Source of the DNA: Octopus sinensis
Taxonomy: Eukaryota
Assembly: GCF_006345805.1 (NCBI RefSeq)
Contig: NC_043006.1
Location: 38,998,001 to 39,062,000, forward strand
Direction: 5' to 3'
Length of the DNA: 64,000 bases
In this document: piece after piece, positions 1-13,055 of the stretch
Layout of the letters: each line of letters starts with the position of its first letter
How positions within the stretch are numbered: the stretch's first letter is position 1
Position numbers and translations under genes: made by a program
The notes under the pieces: generated by a model
The model's database searches: none
Seen by the model: the letters and a program-made list of their open reading frames with translations, nothing else
Told to the model about the DNA's origin: nothing

Positions 1-105
1 ATGCATGTGTGGGTGTGTGGTTGTGTATGCATATGGTGTGTGTGCATGTGTATATATACATATGTGCATGTTTTTTAGGTGTGTGTGTGTGTGAATGTGT
101 ATAGG

Positions 106-137
<32 letters not shown>

Positions 138-2222
138 GCATGTATGTATGTGTGTGCCTGTGCATGCTTGTGCGTAAATATGTGTGTGTGTGTGTATAGA
201 TGCATTGTGAGTGTACACATGCATAAGATGTGTGTGCGTGGTTGTGTGTATATGTGCATGTGTATAGATGTGTGTGTGTGGTTGTGAGTGAGTGTGTGTG
301 TGCATGTGTATAAGATGTGTGTGTGTTTATGTGTACATTTGTCTAAACATTCAGTAATGGTTGCATATGAGCAGCATCTTCATCAAACAAGCAAAGTTGT
401 TCAGCTCCTGTCTTCTGTGAAAGAAATGTCTGACTATGGGGAAAATATTACCTTGTTTGGAAGTAGGTGAGGGTTGGCAATTGGAAGGACATCTGGTCAC
501 AGAAACAGAATCGGCCTCAACAAATTTCGTCTGACGCATGCTAGCATAGAAAAGTGGTCGTTAAATGAAAAGGAAATGAAAATTAAATTGATAATCATCT
601 GTAGGTTACCCAATGTGCTAATAAACTTGTAACTCCAAGTTAATTTTAATTCAACAGACCTCTAATCAAAGGCCTTCCAGCCATGACCATTTGATCTAGT
701 TTTAGAAAAAAATTATCTAAAATGACATTGTTCAATGTATCCTTTTATATTTTTAAAGAAGGTAAAATGTTGCTTGCGTTTTAGGTAGATTTGGTTGTTA
801 TTTCTAACAGGTCAAACCACATAGACGTTCCCTCACTTAGTCTGTGGAAGTGTTGTGGAGTGGTTTATAAGTTTTTAGTCAGCTGAATTTCTGGTGGTAC
901 AGGTTCAACTTCCAGTTGAGCTACTCCGTCTTACTTCACATCTCACACTTGCAATTCCAGGCCATATGTCAAATAGAATTTGACAAGTCCACAAGATGTT
1001 ACCAGAAGATGAAGACTTTGATGATGATCTTACAACTCAATTAGGCTAACACTCATATTTCCATTTTCATCATAATTAAGCACTTTATATATGAAAATTT
1101 ATTAATCGTTTTCATTCCACTCCACCTGAGATTACACCTGGCTCTTTGACACAAAACTGCCAGGTATAAAGAGCTCCTATTAAAATTATAAATTGTCTTT
1201 TATCTGTTACTTGTTTCAATCATTGGACTGCGGCCATGCTGTAGATGATTTAGATCTCATACAGAAGCAGTTGCTGAAGCTGAAGGTGGATTTATTGAAT
1301 CACATTATAGAAAAGAAGGTTTATTTTTATCCTCATAGCATTTTTTATAAAGTTATTACCTGTTATTATATATCTGTTTTTTATATAAACATAAATCTGT
1401 CCTCAAATATCTTACACACACTGTATATAAAAAGAAATATATATGTCTATCTATATGTATATGACAAAAATCGTGACTGTGTAGATCAAAACTAATTTGG
1501 TCGAGAAAGATTTGGAGCATCTATAGAAATAAAGTCGTTATTAAAGAATCTCCTTGGAATTAAGTAAATACATTGATAAACCATTTTGTCATTTAGTGTT
1601 CAATCAAGAAAATGGTAATTATTGATTTCTTGGTTTGGCATTGGCAGAAAGCCTGAAATTTGGCAGCGGGGTGAATATAGTCAATTATGCCCCAGCATGA
1701 CCACAGTCTATTAAGTAAAACAAGCAAAGCTATAGAAACAGTACCAGATCAGATGGGAGCCTGGTGCAGCCTCTTGGCATGCCAGTCCTCAATCAAACCG
1801 TCCAACCCATGCCAGCATGGAAAACGGACGTTAAATGATGATGATGCTGGTATGAGTACTTGACTGGTATTTTACTTCATTAGCTGTCATCATCATTTAC
1901 GTCTGTGTTCCAAGCTGGCAAGGGTTGGATGGTTTGACAGGAGTAAGCAAGCTGGAAGGCTGCACCAGGCTCCAATTGTCTGTTTTGATATGGTTTCTAT
2001 GGCTGCATGTTGCCCTTACTAACACCAACCACTTCACAGAGTGGACTGGGTGCTGTTTAAGTGAAACCAGCTCCAGTGCTTTATATGTGGCACCAGCATG
2101 GATGCTTTATAATGTGGTACCAGCCACAAGTGTTTTTTACAAAGCACAGTGGGACAAAAAGAAAAGTTGATTTCAACAAGATTCAAATCAAAATGTATAG
2201 AGTTGTAACTAGAAACTACAAA

Positions 2223-2935
2223 TCATCATCATCATTGGTTAACATCTGTTTTCCAAGCTGACATGGGTTGGACGGTTTGACTAGGGACTGGCAAGCCAGG
2301 AGGCTGCACCAGGATCCAATCTGATCTGGCAATGTTTCTACAGCTGGATGTCCTTCCTAACGCCAACCACTCCAAGAGTGTAGTGGGTACTTTTTATGTT
2401 CCACTGACATGGGAGCCAGTCAGGCAGCACTGGCATTGGCCACACTTGGATAGTGCTTGTTATGTGCTACCAGCACAGGAGCCAGTCGGGGATGGCATCA
2501 ACCACGTTTGGATGGTGGTTTTTACGTGCCACAGGCACGAGGAGACAGTCAGGTGGACTGGCAATGACCCATGCATGCATGGTGCTTACTGTGTACCACT
2601 ATCATGGGAGGCCATTCAGGTGGCACTAGCAACAATCCATGCATGAATGGTGCTTATTACATGCCACCAGCACAGGAGCCAGTCAGGTGGCATTGGCATC
2701 GTTCACAACTACAATTTCCATTTGATTGTGATTTGATTTTGATTTTACTTGACTCCATAGGTCTCCTTAAGCACAACACGTCACCCGAAAATTCAAAGGT
2801 ATTTTTAAATGGGCTGGTTATGCATAGCTGGTGTAGGCTATGGCTGTGATCTCACTTTACTTGCTGGGTTTTCTCAATCACAGCACATCTCCAGAGGTCT
2901 CGGTCTTTCGATATTGCCTCTGTGAGGCCCAATGT
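2223..2935 (-). mobile_element. Family E retroposon with RTE-like 3' end and internal tandem array
   Basis: Ends in ...gttaa-(tga)n; carries the ttggcgttaggaag(g)gcatccagctgtag segment; about five ~65-bp internal units at 2380-2710. Confidence 0.8.
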
Positions 2936-3780
2936 TCAAATTATTGCCAACAACTAATTGAACACAATCGATGAAAGAAAATAATAATGATTTCAAATTT
3001 TGGCACAAGGCCAGCAAGTTCAAAGGGGATAACTTAATTACATCGACCCCAAAGATGAAATGGTACTTATTTTATGGACCCTGAAAGAAAGAAAGGTAAA
3101 GTCGACCTCAGTGGAATTTGAATTCAGAAGATAGAGACAGACAAAATGCTGCTAAACGTTTTGCTAGGTGCAGTAACCATTCTGCCAGCTTGCAGCATTA
3201 TGAAAGAAAATAATAATGGAATTAAATGGTCTACTTTGTGTATACAAATTACAATAACAACTGAAGCAGATTTGAATTCAAAAACTTGAGTTCGTACTTT
3301 ACTTATAAATTAAATCCACACAGTTGTCCCACTTCTGCTTGTACATCTATCCTTATTTGCTACAGCCGTTTCATTATAAAAAACAGTGTTAAATCATTCA
3401 TTTACATGCTTTTATCATTGGATTGTGACCATGCTGGAGCATGGTGTTGAAGGAGTTGATGAAGCAAATCAAACCCAGTACTTAGTTTTTAACACATGGT
3501 AATTATTCTGTTAATCTCCTTTGCCGAGCCACTAAGTTATGAGGGAATATAGACAAGCAAACACCAGCCATGCCAAGACAAACAATATTCCAAAGTGTTT
3601 TATTAGTGTGATATCACAGCCACATGTACAGGTGCATACATCCAAGGCAAGACACACCTGGCAAACACACAAATACATACATACACACACATATATATAC
3701 ACACACACACATATATACATATATGTATACATACATATATACAGAATTTATAAACATATATATACATATGTATACCCATT

Positions 3781-4173
3781 CTTTTATTCTTTTATTTGTT
3801 TCAGTCATTTGACTGCAGCCATGCTGGAGCACCGTCTTTAGTCAAGAAATCGACCCCAGGACTTATTCTTTGGAAGCCTAATACTTATTCTATTGGTCTC
3901 TTTTGCCAAACCACTAAGTTACAGGGGCGTGAACACACCAGCATCGGTTGTCATGTGATGTTAGGGGGGGACAAACACATAAACACACATACACATATAT
4001 AAATTTATATACGACGAGCTTCTTTCAGTTTCCGTCTACCAAATACACTAACAAGGCTTTGGTCGGCCCGAGGCAATAGTAGAAGACACTCACCTGAGGT
4101 GCCACAAAGTGGGATTGAGTCTGGAACCATGTGGTTGGTAAGTAAGCTACATACCACACAGCCACTCGTGCGC
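3781..4173 (-). mobile_element. SINE family A (tRNA head, microsatellite linker, conserved tail)
   Basis: Head ggcacaggagtggctgtgtggtaag...ggttcagtcccac (A/B boxes) and tail ...ggtgctccagcatggccgcagtcaaatgactgaaacaagtaaaaga; full length. Confidence 0.9.
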
Positions 4174-4207
4174 TTACATACATATATACATACATACATA
4201 TACATAC

Positions 4208-4240
<33 letters not shown>

Positions 4241-4245
<5 letters not shown>

Positions 4246-4607
4246 GAATAAATAAATGGAGTTTAACGCAGGTGTAATCAAATATTTTTACTTTCGACAC
4301 ATGTTTCGAAAATTCCACTGATACTATTCAAAAGAATAAATGGTATAAACAATGCAATCTTCTCCTCAGGAAAGTGAAAAAAACAAAACTCGTCAATAAG
4401 ACATTTTAGCAAAAAAATGATTACACCTGCGTTAAACTCCATTTATTTATTCATATATTATTCAAAATATTCAACGTAAACACGAAGTTTCTACCTTTAT
4501 AAACAAGAAGTTACAACACCTTTACTTGTGAGATTTTTGCTGCCCTGGTAACTATTTATTTATTTTTTCCGTGTTAATTGTTAACAAGGTAAAAATACAC
4601 TCATCTA

Positions 4608-4610
<3 letters not shown>
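4241..4610. mobile_element. Non-autonomous PLE-like fold-back element carrying the hammerhead
   Basis: Perfect 40-bp inverted repeat (4241-4280 vs 4418-4457) encloses the hammerhead; the longer arm continues to about 4610; both ends abut (TA)n; no ORF. Confidence 0.6.
4281..4380 (-). ncRNA. Type-I hammerhead ribozyme with canonical catalytic core
   Basis: Minus strand reads UUUUCACUUUC-CUGAGGA(4369-4363)-GAAGAUU...AAUUUUC (7-bp stem II, extended by further hairpin pairing)-GAAA(4307-4304)-CAUGU-GUC(4298-4296)-GAAAGUAAAAA. Stem I is 6 Watson-Crick bp, one mismatch, then 4 bp. Predicted cleavage is between 4296 and 4295. Confidence 0.85.
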
Positions 4611-4638
<28 letters not shown>

Positions 4639-4639
4639 C

Positions 4640-4795
4640 TTCTGTCTGCTGTTTCTGAAGAAGAGCTTTGTTTGAAATGTGAAACCACCTACCTTTCCTT
4701 CCCTGAGTGCCTGCTGATATTTTGCATGTACCACATCCTTGCGTTGTTGTGTTTTTTTTTTTGTGTTTGCTCTTCGTATTTTGGGATTTACCTGT
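4640..4795 (+). mobile_element. PLE pLTR-like fragment with degenerate minimal hammerhead
   Basis: GUUU-CUGAAGA-A-GAGC-UUU-GUUU-GAAA-UGUG-AAAC at 4651-4685; same design as the motif at 30327-30367; flanked by (TA)n. Confidence 0.55.
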
Positions 4796-4846
4796 ATATA
4801 TATGCATGCATATATATTATATATTATATATATATATGCATGCATA

Positions 4847-4886
<40 letters not shown>

Positions 4887-4944
4887 CATACATTATAATA
4901 TTATATATATATATAATATATATATATATATATTATATATATAT

Positions 4945-4975
<31 letters not shown>

Positions 4976-5137
4976 ATATAATATATATAATATATATATA
5001 ATACATAACATTATATATATATATATATTATATATATATATATATACATACATAATATATATATATATATATATATATACATACATATATTATATATATA
5101 TATATATATATACATACATATATATATATATATATAA

Positions 5138-5169
<32 letters not shown>

Positions 5170-5320
5170 CATAAATATATATTGTATATATATATACATA
5201 CATATATAATATATATATATATATACATACATATATTATATATATACATACAATATATATATATATACATACATATATATATATATATTACATACATATA
5301 TATATATATATAATACATAC

Positions 5321-5375
<55 letters not shown>

Positions 5376-5535
5376 CATCATATGTACATACACACTATAT
5401 ATATATATACATTCATCATATTACATACCACATATATATATATACATACATACATATATATATACATACATCATATGTACATACACACATATATATATAC
5501 ATATACATACATTATATGTACATACACACATATAT

Positions 5536-5575
<40 letters not shown>
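4796..5575. repeat. Complex (TA)n/(TACA)n microsatellite
   Basis: Directly visible; source of many spurious YI-repeat ORFs. Confidence 0.95.
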
Positions 5576-5580
<5 letters not shown>

Positions 5581-6365
5581 TGAAATGCGTTTACAGGGAC
5601 ATGTAAAATGAGGTGACGATGCCCGTGGGCTATGTTAGAAATCCCTATCTTAAAAGGTGTCGTTGCTAGGGCCAAAAACCCACTTTGACAAGTCCACTCC
5701 CATTCTTTTACGTATCTGTCTTCCTCACTCACGCTATTTCCTCCATTCCCCTTTAACTCCCCTTCAGTTTCCCTTTATAAGTTCATCAAACGGCGTTCTT
5801 TATCTCGCTGTCTGCATTCATAGAGAGAATTATCATCGCCACGAACAACACACAATCATGAGAACAAATATTATGAATCAGATATTTCTTGCGTTCATTT
5901 ATATATGTGTGTGTGTGTGTTCTATATATAAATATGTATATATAATGTATATATACAAAGTATATATATCTGTATTTATGTATATTAAACTTTTTAATAC
6001 TTTTTGATAGTTATATATATTTTTAAACAAATTATAAATATAATTTAATAATTTTTATTTTAAATTTAAATAATTTAAATTTTTCAATTTTATATTTTCT
6101 ATATTACATTTTTATTTTTATGTTTTTGTTTTTGGTTTTTCACTGTTTGATTAGCCTATTAGTGGTTTTATCTCTAATTTAATTTATACATATATATATA
6201 TATATAATATATATATATATATTGTATACATTTGTATATATAATGCTGCACACACACACACACATATATACACACATATATATATATGTAATGTGTGCAT
6301 TATGTGCTCGGTCGGTTCAGCGAAAAATGCACACCTATGTTAAAAGTGCTGGCAAGTTTGCATGA

Positions 6366-6465
6366 NNNNNNNNNNNNNNNNNNNNNNNNNNNNNNNNNNN
6401 NNNNNNNNNNNNNNNNNNNNNNNNNNNNNNNNNNNNNNNNNNNNNNNNNNNNNNNNNNNNNNNNN
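6366..6465. other. Assembly gap (100 N)
   Basis: Exactly 100 Ns, typical of an unknown-size scaffold join; distances across it are unreliable. Confidence 0.98.
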
Positions 6466-7062
6466 AAAACTCTGCTTGCGAAGACCTGTTGAGGCAAATG
6501 AAATCAAATCAATCAAAAGCAAAATCTAAATCAAATTCGATGACTGGCGTCCATGCTAGCAGGGTGCAAAGAGCACCATACGAGCATGATCATTGACAGA
6601 GCGGCTAACCGGCTTCCGTGCCAGTGGCATTTAAAGGGCACCATTCGAGCGTGATCATTACCAGCATCGCCTTACTGGCACTTGTGCCCGTGCTAGTAGG
6701 GTGCCAAGAGCACCATCCGAGTGTGATCATTGCCAGAGCAGCCAACTGGCTTCCATGCCAGTGGCATGTAAAAAGGGCACCATTCGAGTGTGATCATTAC
6801 CAATGTCGCCTTACTGGCACCTGTGCTGGTGGCATGTGTAAAACCATTCAAGCGAGGTCGTTGCCAGTACCGCCTGACTGGCCCCTGTACTGGTGGCACG
6901 TAAAATGCACCCACTACACTCTCGGAGTGGTTGGTGTTAGGAAGGGCATCCAGCTGTAGAAACTCTGCCAAATCAAGATTGGAGGCTGGTGCAACAATCT
7001 GGTTCACCAGCCCTCGGTCAAAATCGTCCATGGAAAGCGGACGTTAAACGATGATGATGATG

Positions 7063-7063
<1 letters not shown>
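6466..7063 (+). mobile_element. Family E retroposon, truncated by the assembly gap
   Basis: Tandem units at 6540-6910 followed by the conserved 3' segment and (tga)n. Confidence 0.8.
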
Positions 7064-7106
<43 letters not shown>

Positions 7107-7428
7107 CATACATATACATAGATATGATGATGATGATGATATATATAGTTATTTCATTTACTTGTTTCAGCCCTAAGTGCCATGCAGTAGGACTGAACCT
7201 GGAACCATATGGTTAAGGAGCAAACTTCTTCCCACACAGCCACACCTGCGTTTTTCTGGCTGAGTTGTTCTGAGTTCAAATTTCACCAAGGTTGACTTTG
7301 TCTTTCATCCTTTCAGCATCGACAAAACAAGTACCAGTTGAGTACTGGGGTCAATGTTATCAATCTAACCCCTCCCATAAAATTGCTGGCCATGGGCCAA
7401 TAACTTCAAAACCAATATAAAGTTACAT

Positions 7429-7495
7429 CTTCTTTACAAGCTGTTTCCAAATTTCATTTACAAAGGTCTGCTTTGATTTTCACTCATCTTGAAGG
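7429..7495 (-). ncRNA. Degenerate hammerhead relic
   Basis: Minus strand CUU-CAAGAUGA-G...G-GAAAC-AGCUU-GUA-AAG; the core is damaged (CAAGAUGA instead of CUGAUGA). Confidence 0.35.
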
Positions 7496-7759
7496 AATAA
7501 CATAAGTCCCAACCAGTCATGTGCTGGGGTCAATATAATTGACTACAGGCTACATTAAAAGTTGTGGCCCTCTGCCAATATTTAATGCCACAGTTGTTAT
7601 TATTTTGAATAGGATTCACACATTACTGAAGATAGGGGTGTCTTCATTTGGTTGAGCTACGTTGCTGGCAGCAGCATCTGTTAAGTTATGAAGAGATTCT
7701 GTTGCAATGCCAAATGCCAAAATATAAAGAAAACACTGAAGGTTAGAAGTACCAATGCA

Positions 7760-8310
7760 TGTGTGTGTGTGTGTGTTTTTGTGTGTGTGTGAGAGAGAAA
7801 GTATGTTTGTGTGCGTGTTTGTGTGTGTATGTGTGTCTGTGTGTTTATCTGTTCATGCGTTTGTGTGTGTTCATGCGTTTGTGTGTGTGTTCGTGCGATT
7901 GCGTGTGTGTTCGTGCATTTGTGTGAGTTTGTCTCTGTGTGTGTGTGTGTTTTTGTGTGTGTGTGAGAGAGAAAGTATGTTTGTGTGCGTGTTTGTGTGT
8001 GTATGTGTGTCTGTGTGTTTATCTGTTCATGCGTTTGTGTGTGTTCATGCGTTTGTGTGTGTGTTCGTGCGATTGCGTGTGTGTTCGTGCATTTGTGTGA
8101 GTTTGTCTGTGTGTGTGTGTGTGTTTTTGTGTGTGTGTGTGCATGTTTTGTGTGTGTGTGTGTGTGTGTGTTTGTGTGTGTGCATTTGTGTGTGTTCATG
8201 CGTTTGTGTGTGTTTGTGTGTGTTTGTGTGTGATTATGTGTGAGTGTGCATGCATTTGTGTGTATGTTTGTTTGTGTGCATGCATCTGTGTTTGTGAGTG
8301 TGTGTGTTAT
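7760..8310. repeat. TG-rich repeat containing a near-exact 174-bp tandem duplication
   Basis: The block starting gagagagaaagtatgttt occurs at 7791 and 7965. Confidence 0.9.
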
Positions 8311-8490
8311 GAGATTATTATGAACGGCAAGACGTGTGCCAAAATTCAAGACAGATTCAGCAAACATGAAATAAGCTATGAAGGAATGGAGTCAAGTGAG
8401 GAACAAATTTATAAGCAACAATCACAAATATTAATTTTAAATTCAGAAAACAAAGGAAACCAATGGTGCAAAGTTTTCAATAAACATATT

Positions 8491-8875
8491 CTTCTTTTAC
8501 TTGTTTCAGTCATTTGACTGTGGCCATGCTGGAGCACCACCTTAAAGGGTTTTAGTCAAAGAAATTGACCCCAGGACTTATTCTTCTTAAGGTCAGTATT
8601 GATCTGTTTTGCTGAAATGCTAAGTTATGGGGATGTAAACATACCAACATTAGTTGTCAAGGAATAATATGGAGACAAAACACAGAAACACAAAAAGACA
8701 CACACACACATATGATGGGCTTCTTTTCAGTTTCCGTCTACCAAATCCACTCACAAAGCTTTGGTCGGCCTGATGCTATAGTAGAAGACACTTGCCCAAG
8801 GTGCCATGCAATGGGACTGAACCTAGAACCATGTGGTTGGTGAGCAAGCTACCGGCCACACAGCCACTCCTGTGC
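8491..8875 (-). mobile_element. SINE family A, full length
   Basis: Same head and tail as 3781-4173. Confidence 0.9.
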
Positions 8876-9052
8876 ATATATACACATATGCACACACACA
8901 TATATATACACACACACATATTTATATATATATATATATTATACACACACACACACATTTATATACATATATATACATACATACATATATACATATATAT
9001 ATATAAGAAAACTAAAGGTGCTAATTTGAATATTAAATAATTTAATTATTAT

Positions 9053-9167
9053 CCACTGATGAGTTCCAACTGACTTAATATGATAATGTGTATTACTTTT
9101 GAAGAAGTGCATATTCTTCAATTGTATACATGAAATATGGTCTTTTACGACAGAAACAGCTGTCTGG
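9053..9167 (+). ncRNA. Type-I hammerhead motif with long stem II and palindromic stem III
   Basis: CCA-CUGAUGA(9056-9062)...GAAA(9153-9156)-CAGCU-GUC(9162-9164)-UGG. The intervening ~90 nt folds into nested helices (UUGAAGAA/UUCUUCAA; AUGUGUAU/GUAUACAU). The base of stem II is imperfect. Confidence 0.65.
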
Positions 9168-9270
9168 TTGGATTTAATATATAATCCATATACCATCCAA
9201 AACATCTTCCATTATTTGATGACATTTATAGGACTCTGTGTAATAAATGGATTTTTCCAATGATTTACTT

Positions 9271-9320
<50 letters not shown>

Positions 9321-9671
9321 ATATATCATATATATATATATATATATATTATATGCACACATATGTATGTATATATACATAGTAAATATATATAATATAT
9401 ATGTATGTATATATATAGTATATAATATATATATATATTCATGTATGTATCTGTATACATATATATATTATAATATATATATATATAGTAAATATATATA
9501 TATAATACACATACATATATATGTATATATACATGTATACATATATATATATATGTTAGCATATATATTCTATATATGTATATACATACATGTATATACA
9601 TACATACATATATAGACACACATATATACGTATATATACATGTGTATATATATATATATATATATATGTGT

Positions 9672-9975
9672 GGAGGTGCAATGGCCCAGTGGTTAGGGCA
9701 GCGGACTCGCGGTCGTAGGATCGCGGTTTCGATTCCCAGATCAGGCGTTGTGAATGTTTATTGAGCGAAAACACCTAAAAAGCTCCACGAGGCTCTGGCA
9801 GGGTGTGGTGAAATCTGCTGTACTCTTTCACCACATTTTTCCCACTCTTTCTTCTGTTGGCCTGCTCGCTTAGCCAGCGGGGTGGCGTCATTCGAGGGCT
9901 AAAACAATGTGAACGCATTGTGACCAGTGATGTGTAACAACATCTGATGGTCTGGTCGGTCACGTGATCACGTGA
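9672..9975 (+). mobile_element. SINE family D, full length, young
   Basis: A box tggcccagtgg, B box ggtttcgattcc, 3' end gtcacgtgatcacgtga; sits in (TA)n. A 5'-truncated inverted copy is at about 36711-36825. Confidence 0.85.
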
Positions 9976-10078
9976 TATATATATATATATATATGTACAT
10001 ATTAATATATACACATGCATATATACAGATGTATATGTACATATATATATATATATACAGATGTATATGAACATATAT

Positions 10079-10120
<42 letters not shown>

Positions 10121-11399
10121 TATAGGTACATATGTGTGTATATATATACATGCACACATGCACACACACACACACATATATGTGAATACTGTGTATGAGC
10201 GTCTGTGTGTGTCTTTATGTACGTTCCCACCATTGCTTGACAACTGGTGTTGATTTGTTCACATCCCTGTAACTTAACAATTTCCACAAAAAGAGACCAA
10301 GAGAATGGTTATCAGCCTTGAAATTTAAATCCTGGAACCAATATATTAGACTAAACTCATCAAGCTGATGCTCCAGCATGGCTGTGGTCCAGTGGCTGGA
10401 ATAAGTAAAAAAAATAAAAAAATTAAAAGGAATAAAGAATTATAGGTGTTCTTTAATTTTATGGCCATACCGTAAGTCAAAGACTCAACAGACTACAAGA
10501 CTGCCTGGTGAGCATGTTTTTGGTTCGTGCATCCATAAATTCTAGTGGCAGAATTGCCATGTTACATGCACACACACACACATGCATATAAATGCATGCT
10601 TCCACCAACATGGCCTTTGCATTAAATCCTACAGATAACTGTCTGTTTTTGACCTCAGTGTCAAATATAATTCAACGTTATTTCCAATTATTCTTTGTAT
10701 CCATTACAATTCCATTTCCACACTCATTCACAAACACACACAAAGCCAAATACTCATGCACACACACACACTCTCATTCACACACACACACACACAGGCA
10801 CAAACACATTTAATAATATGCTGAGGCTGGCCACTCCCTTATGAAATTATTTCAAAACTGCATTTCTAAAAATAAATCACTTAGAATTTGCTTCCAATTC
10901 ACCAAACACCTGCTACATCATTAAACACACAAAGACACACTCGTGCATCTGTGTTTGTGTGTGTGTGTATTTGAATTTACAAATGAGAGGCAAATGATAC
11001 TCAATAAAGAAGCTACAGTTTATTCGAGTAGAATTTATCCAAAAGCTGAGGCTGCACTCCATTGCTAATTAGAGTTGCCCCCCCCATTCTATTATTTGAT
11101 CTTCTTTCAGTAGTTTCATTTATAGAATTGTGGTCATGCTGGAACACCAGCTTTTATTTTCTTTCAGTTTTGTCATTGCTTTATGACTGAAAGTTGGTCA
11201 ATGATTGGGTTTGTAGCGACTGATCTTTCCTGAGGGTAGACCCTTGAATGTGTTGCCTAAATAGCTATGCAATACGTGTGTGTGTATGTGTATGATGGAA
11301 AGTGGTCTAATGGTTAGGATGTTGCCCTCTTGATTTTAAGATCATGGTTTCATTTCCTGGATCAGTCAATGTGTTGTGTTCTTGAACAAAATACTTCAT

Positions 11400-11447
<48 letters not shown>

Positions 11448-11994
11448 GTGTGTGCATGTGTATATGTTTGTGTGAGTGTGTTTGTTCCTGCCCAACCCCA
11501 ACATCGCTTGACAACTGACGCTGATGTGTTTACGTCCCCGTAGCTTAGTTCGAAAAAAAGAAACCGATAGAATAAGTACTAGGCTTACAAAGAATAAGTC
11601 CTGGGGTCGATTTGTTCGACTAAAGGCAGTGCTCCAGCATGGCCGCAGTCAAATGACAGAAGCAATTAAAAGAATAAAAGAATGTAGGTCTGCATGAATA
11701 CATGTTGATAATGAGATTGAACTATATGTCAAAATGTTTCCATATTTATTTAGCAAACTTTAGTGTTGTATCCATATGCTTAATACAAGTATATATTTAG
11801 GCTTTCGGTGGAAGTATACCCTGTAGTGAAAGCCACAGGACTTTCAGAAATGCTTGCCAAAAGCCCTGTGCATGGTCTCTGCATTCAATGCAACACTTAA
11901 TATCGGTGTATTAATTAAACATATGGATGTGACTCCATTTGCACTGATATATACATACATACATATATATAATAAAAAATAATAACAATTATAC

Positions 11995-12030
<36 letters not shown>

Positions 12031-12151
12031 CAACAGACACTATGTCATATTAGACTGGAATTTAGTGCAGCTTTCTGGCTTACAAGTTCCAGTCAAGCCG
12101 TCTAACCCATGCCAGCATGAAAAGCAGACGTTAAATGGTGATTATTATTAC

Positions 12152-12190
<39 letters not shown>

Positions 12191-12385
12191 GAGCTGGCAG
12201 AATGCTCAGTGGTATTTTGCCAGTCACTATGTTCTGAGTTCAAATTCTGCTGAGGTCGACTTTGCTTTCATCCTATCAGGGTTGATTATATAAGTACCAG
12301 TTGCATACTGGGGTCGATGTAATCGACTTAATCTGTTCCCCCAAATTTAAGGCCTTGTGCATTCAGTAGAAAGGATTATTATTAT
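12191..12385 (+). mobile_element. SINE family B (tRNA head, Meta-domain-like core)
   Basis: gagctggcagaa...gttctgagttcaaat...gaggtcgactttgctttcatcc...taagtaccag; (ATT)n tail. The core resembles the MetaSINE central domain as I recall it. Confidence 0.85.
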
Positions 12386-12730
12386 ACCCTCCCCCCACCA
12401 ACATCCCTTGTCAACTGATGCTGGTGTATTTGCATCCTTGTAACTTAGCGGTTCGGCAAAAAAGAGACCAATAAACTAAGTCCTAGGCTTACAATGAAAA
12501 AGTCCTGGGGTCAATTTGCTCGACTAAAGGCGGTGCTCCAGCATAGCCACTGTCAAATGGCTGAAACACGTAAAAGAATATGTATTAGTATGTATCATAC
12601 ATTTGTGGGTATGTGTGTGTGTTAAAGAAACAGTTCTATATACGTCCATATCATTGTGAGAATAAAAGCTTTTATTTATGATGTCTTTGTGTGTGTGTGT
12701 GTGCACGCATACGAATATACATACATATAG

Positions 12731-13006
12731 TCTTTTACTCGCTTCAGTCATTTGACTGTGGCCATGCTGGGGCACTGCCTTTCAGTCAAGCAAATCGATC
12801 CCAGGACTTATTCTTTTTAAGCCTAGTACTTATTCTATCGGTTTCTTTTGCCAAACCACTAAGTTACAGGGACGTAAACACACTAGCATCGGTTGTCAAG
12901 CAATGTTGGTGGACAAACACAGATACACAAACATATACACACACACACACATGCACACACACACACACACATATATATATGTATGTATATATATATATAT
13001 ATATAT

Positions 13007-13055
<49 letters not shown>

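Noticed and set aside
2380-2710. CRISPR-like periodic array
   Set aside because: The whole unit repeats with no unique spacers, it lies inside a retroposon, and there are no cas genes.
6290-6365. CpG-rich sequence just before the gap
   Set aside because: Contig-end sequence of uncertain quality; too short to interpret.
7681-8367. 228-aa THT-rich ORF
   Set aside because: Translation of a TG microsatellite with a 174-bp duplication; no splice or codon evidence.
9672-9745. tRNA-like sequence
   Set aside because: No complete acceptor stem, and it continues into a body found again at about 36711-36825; it is a SINE head, not a tRNA gene.
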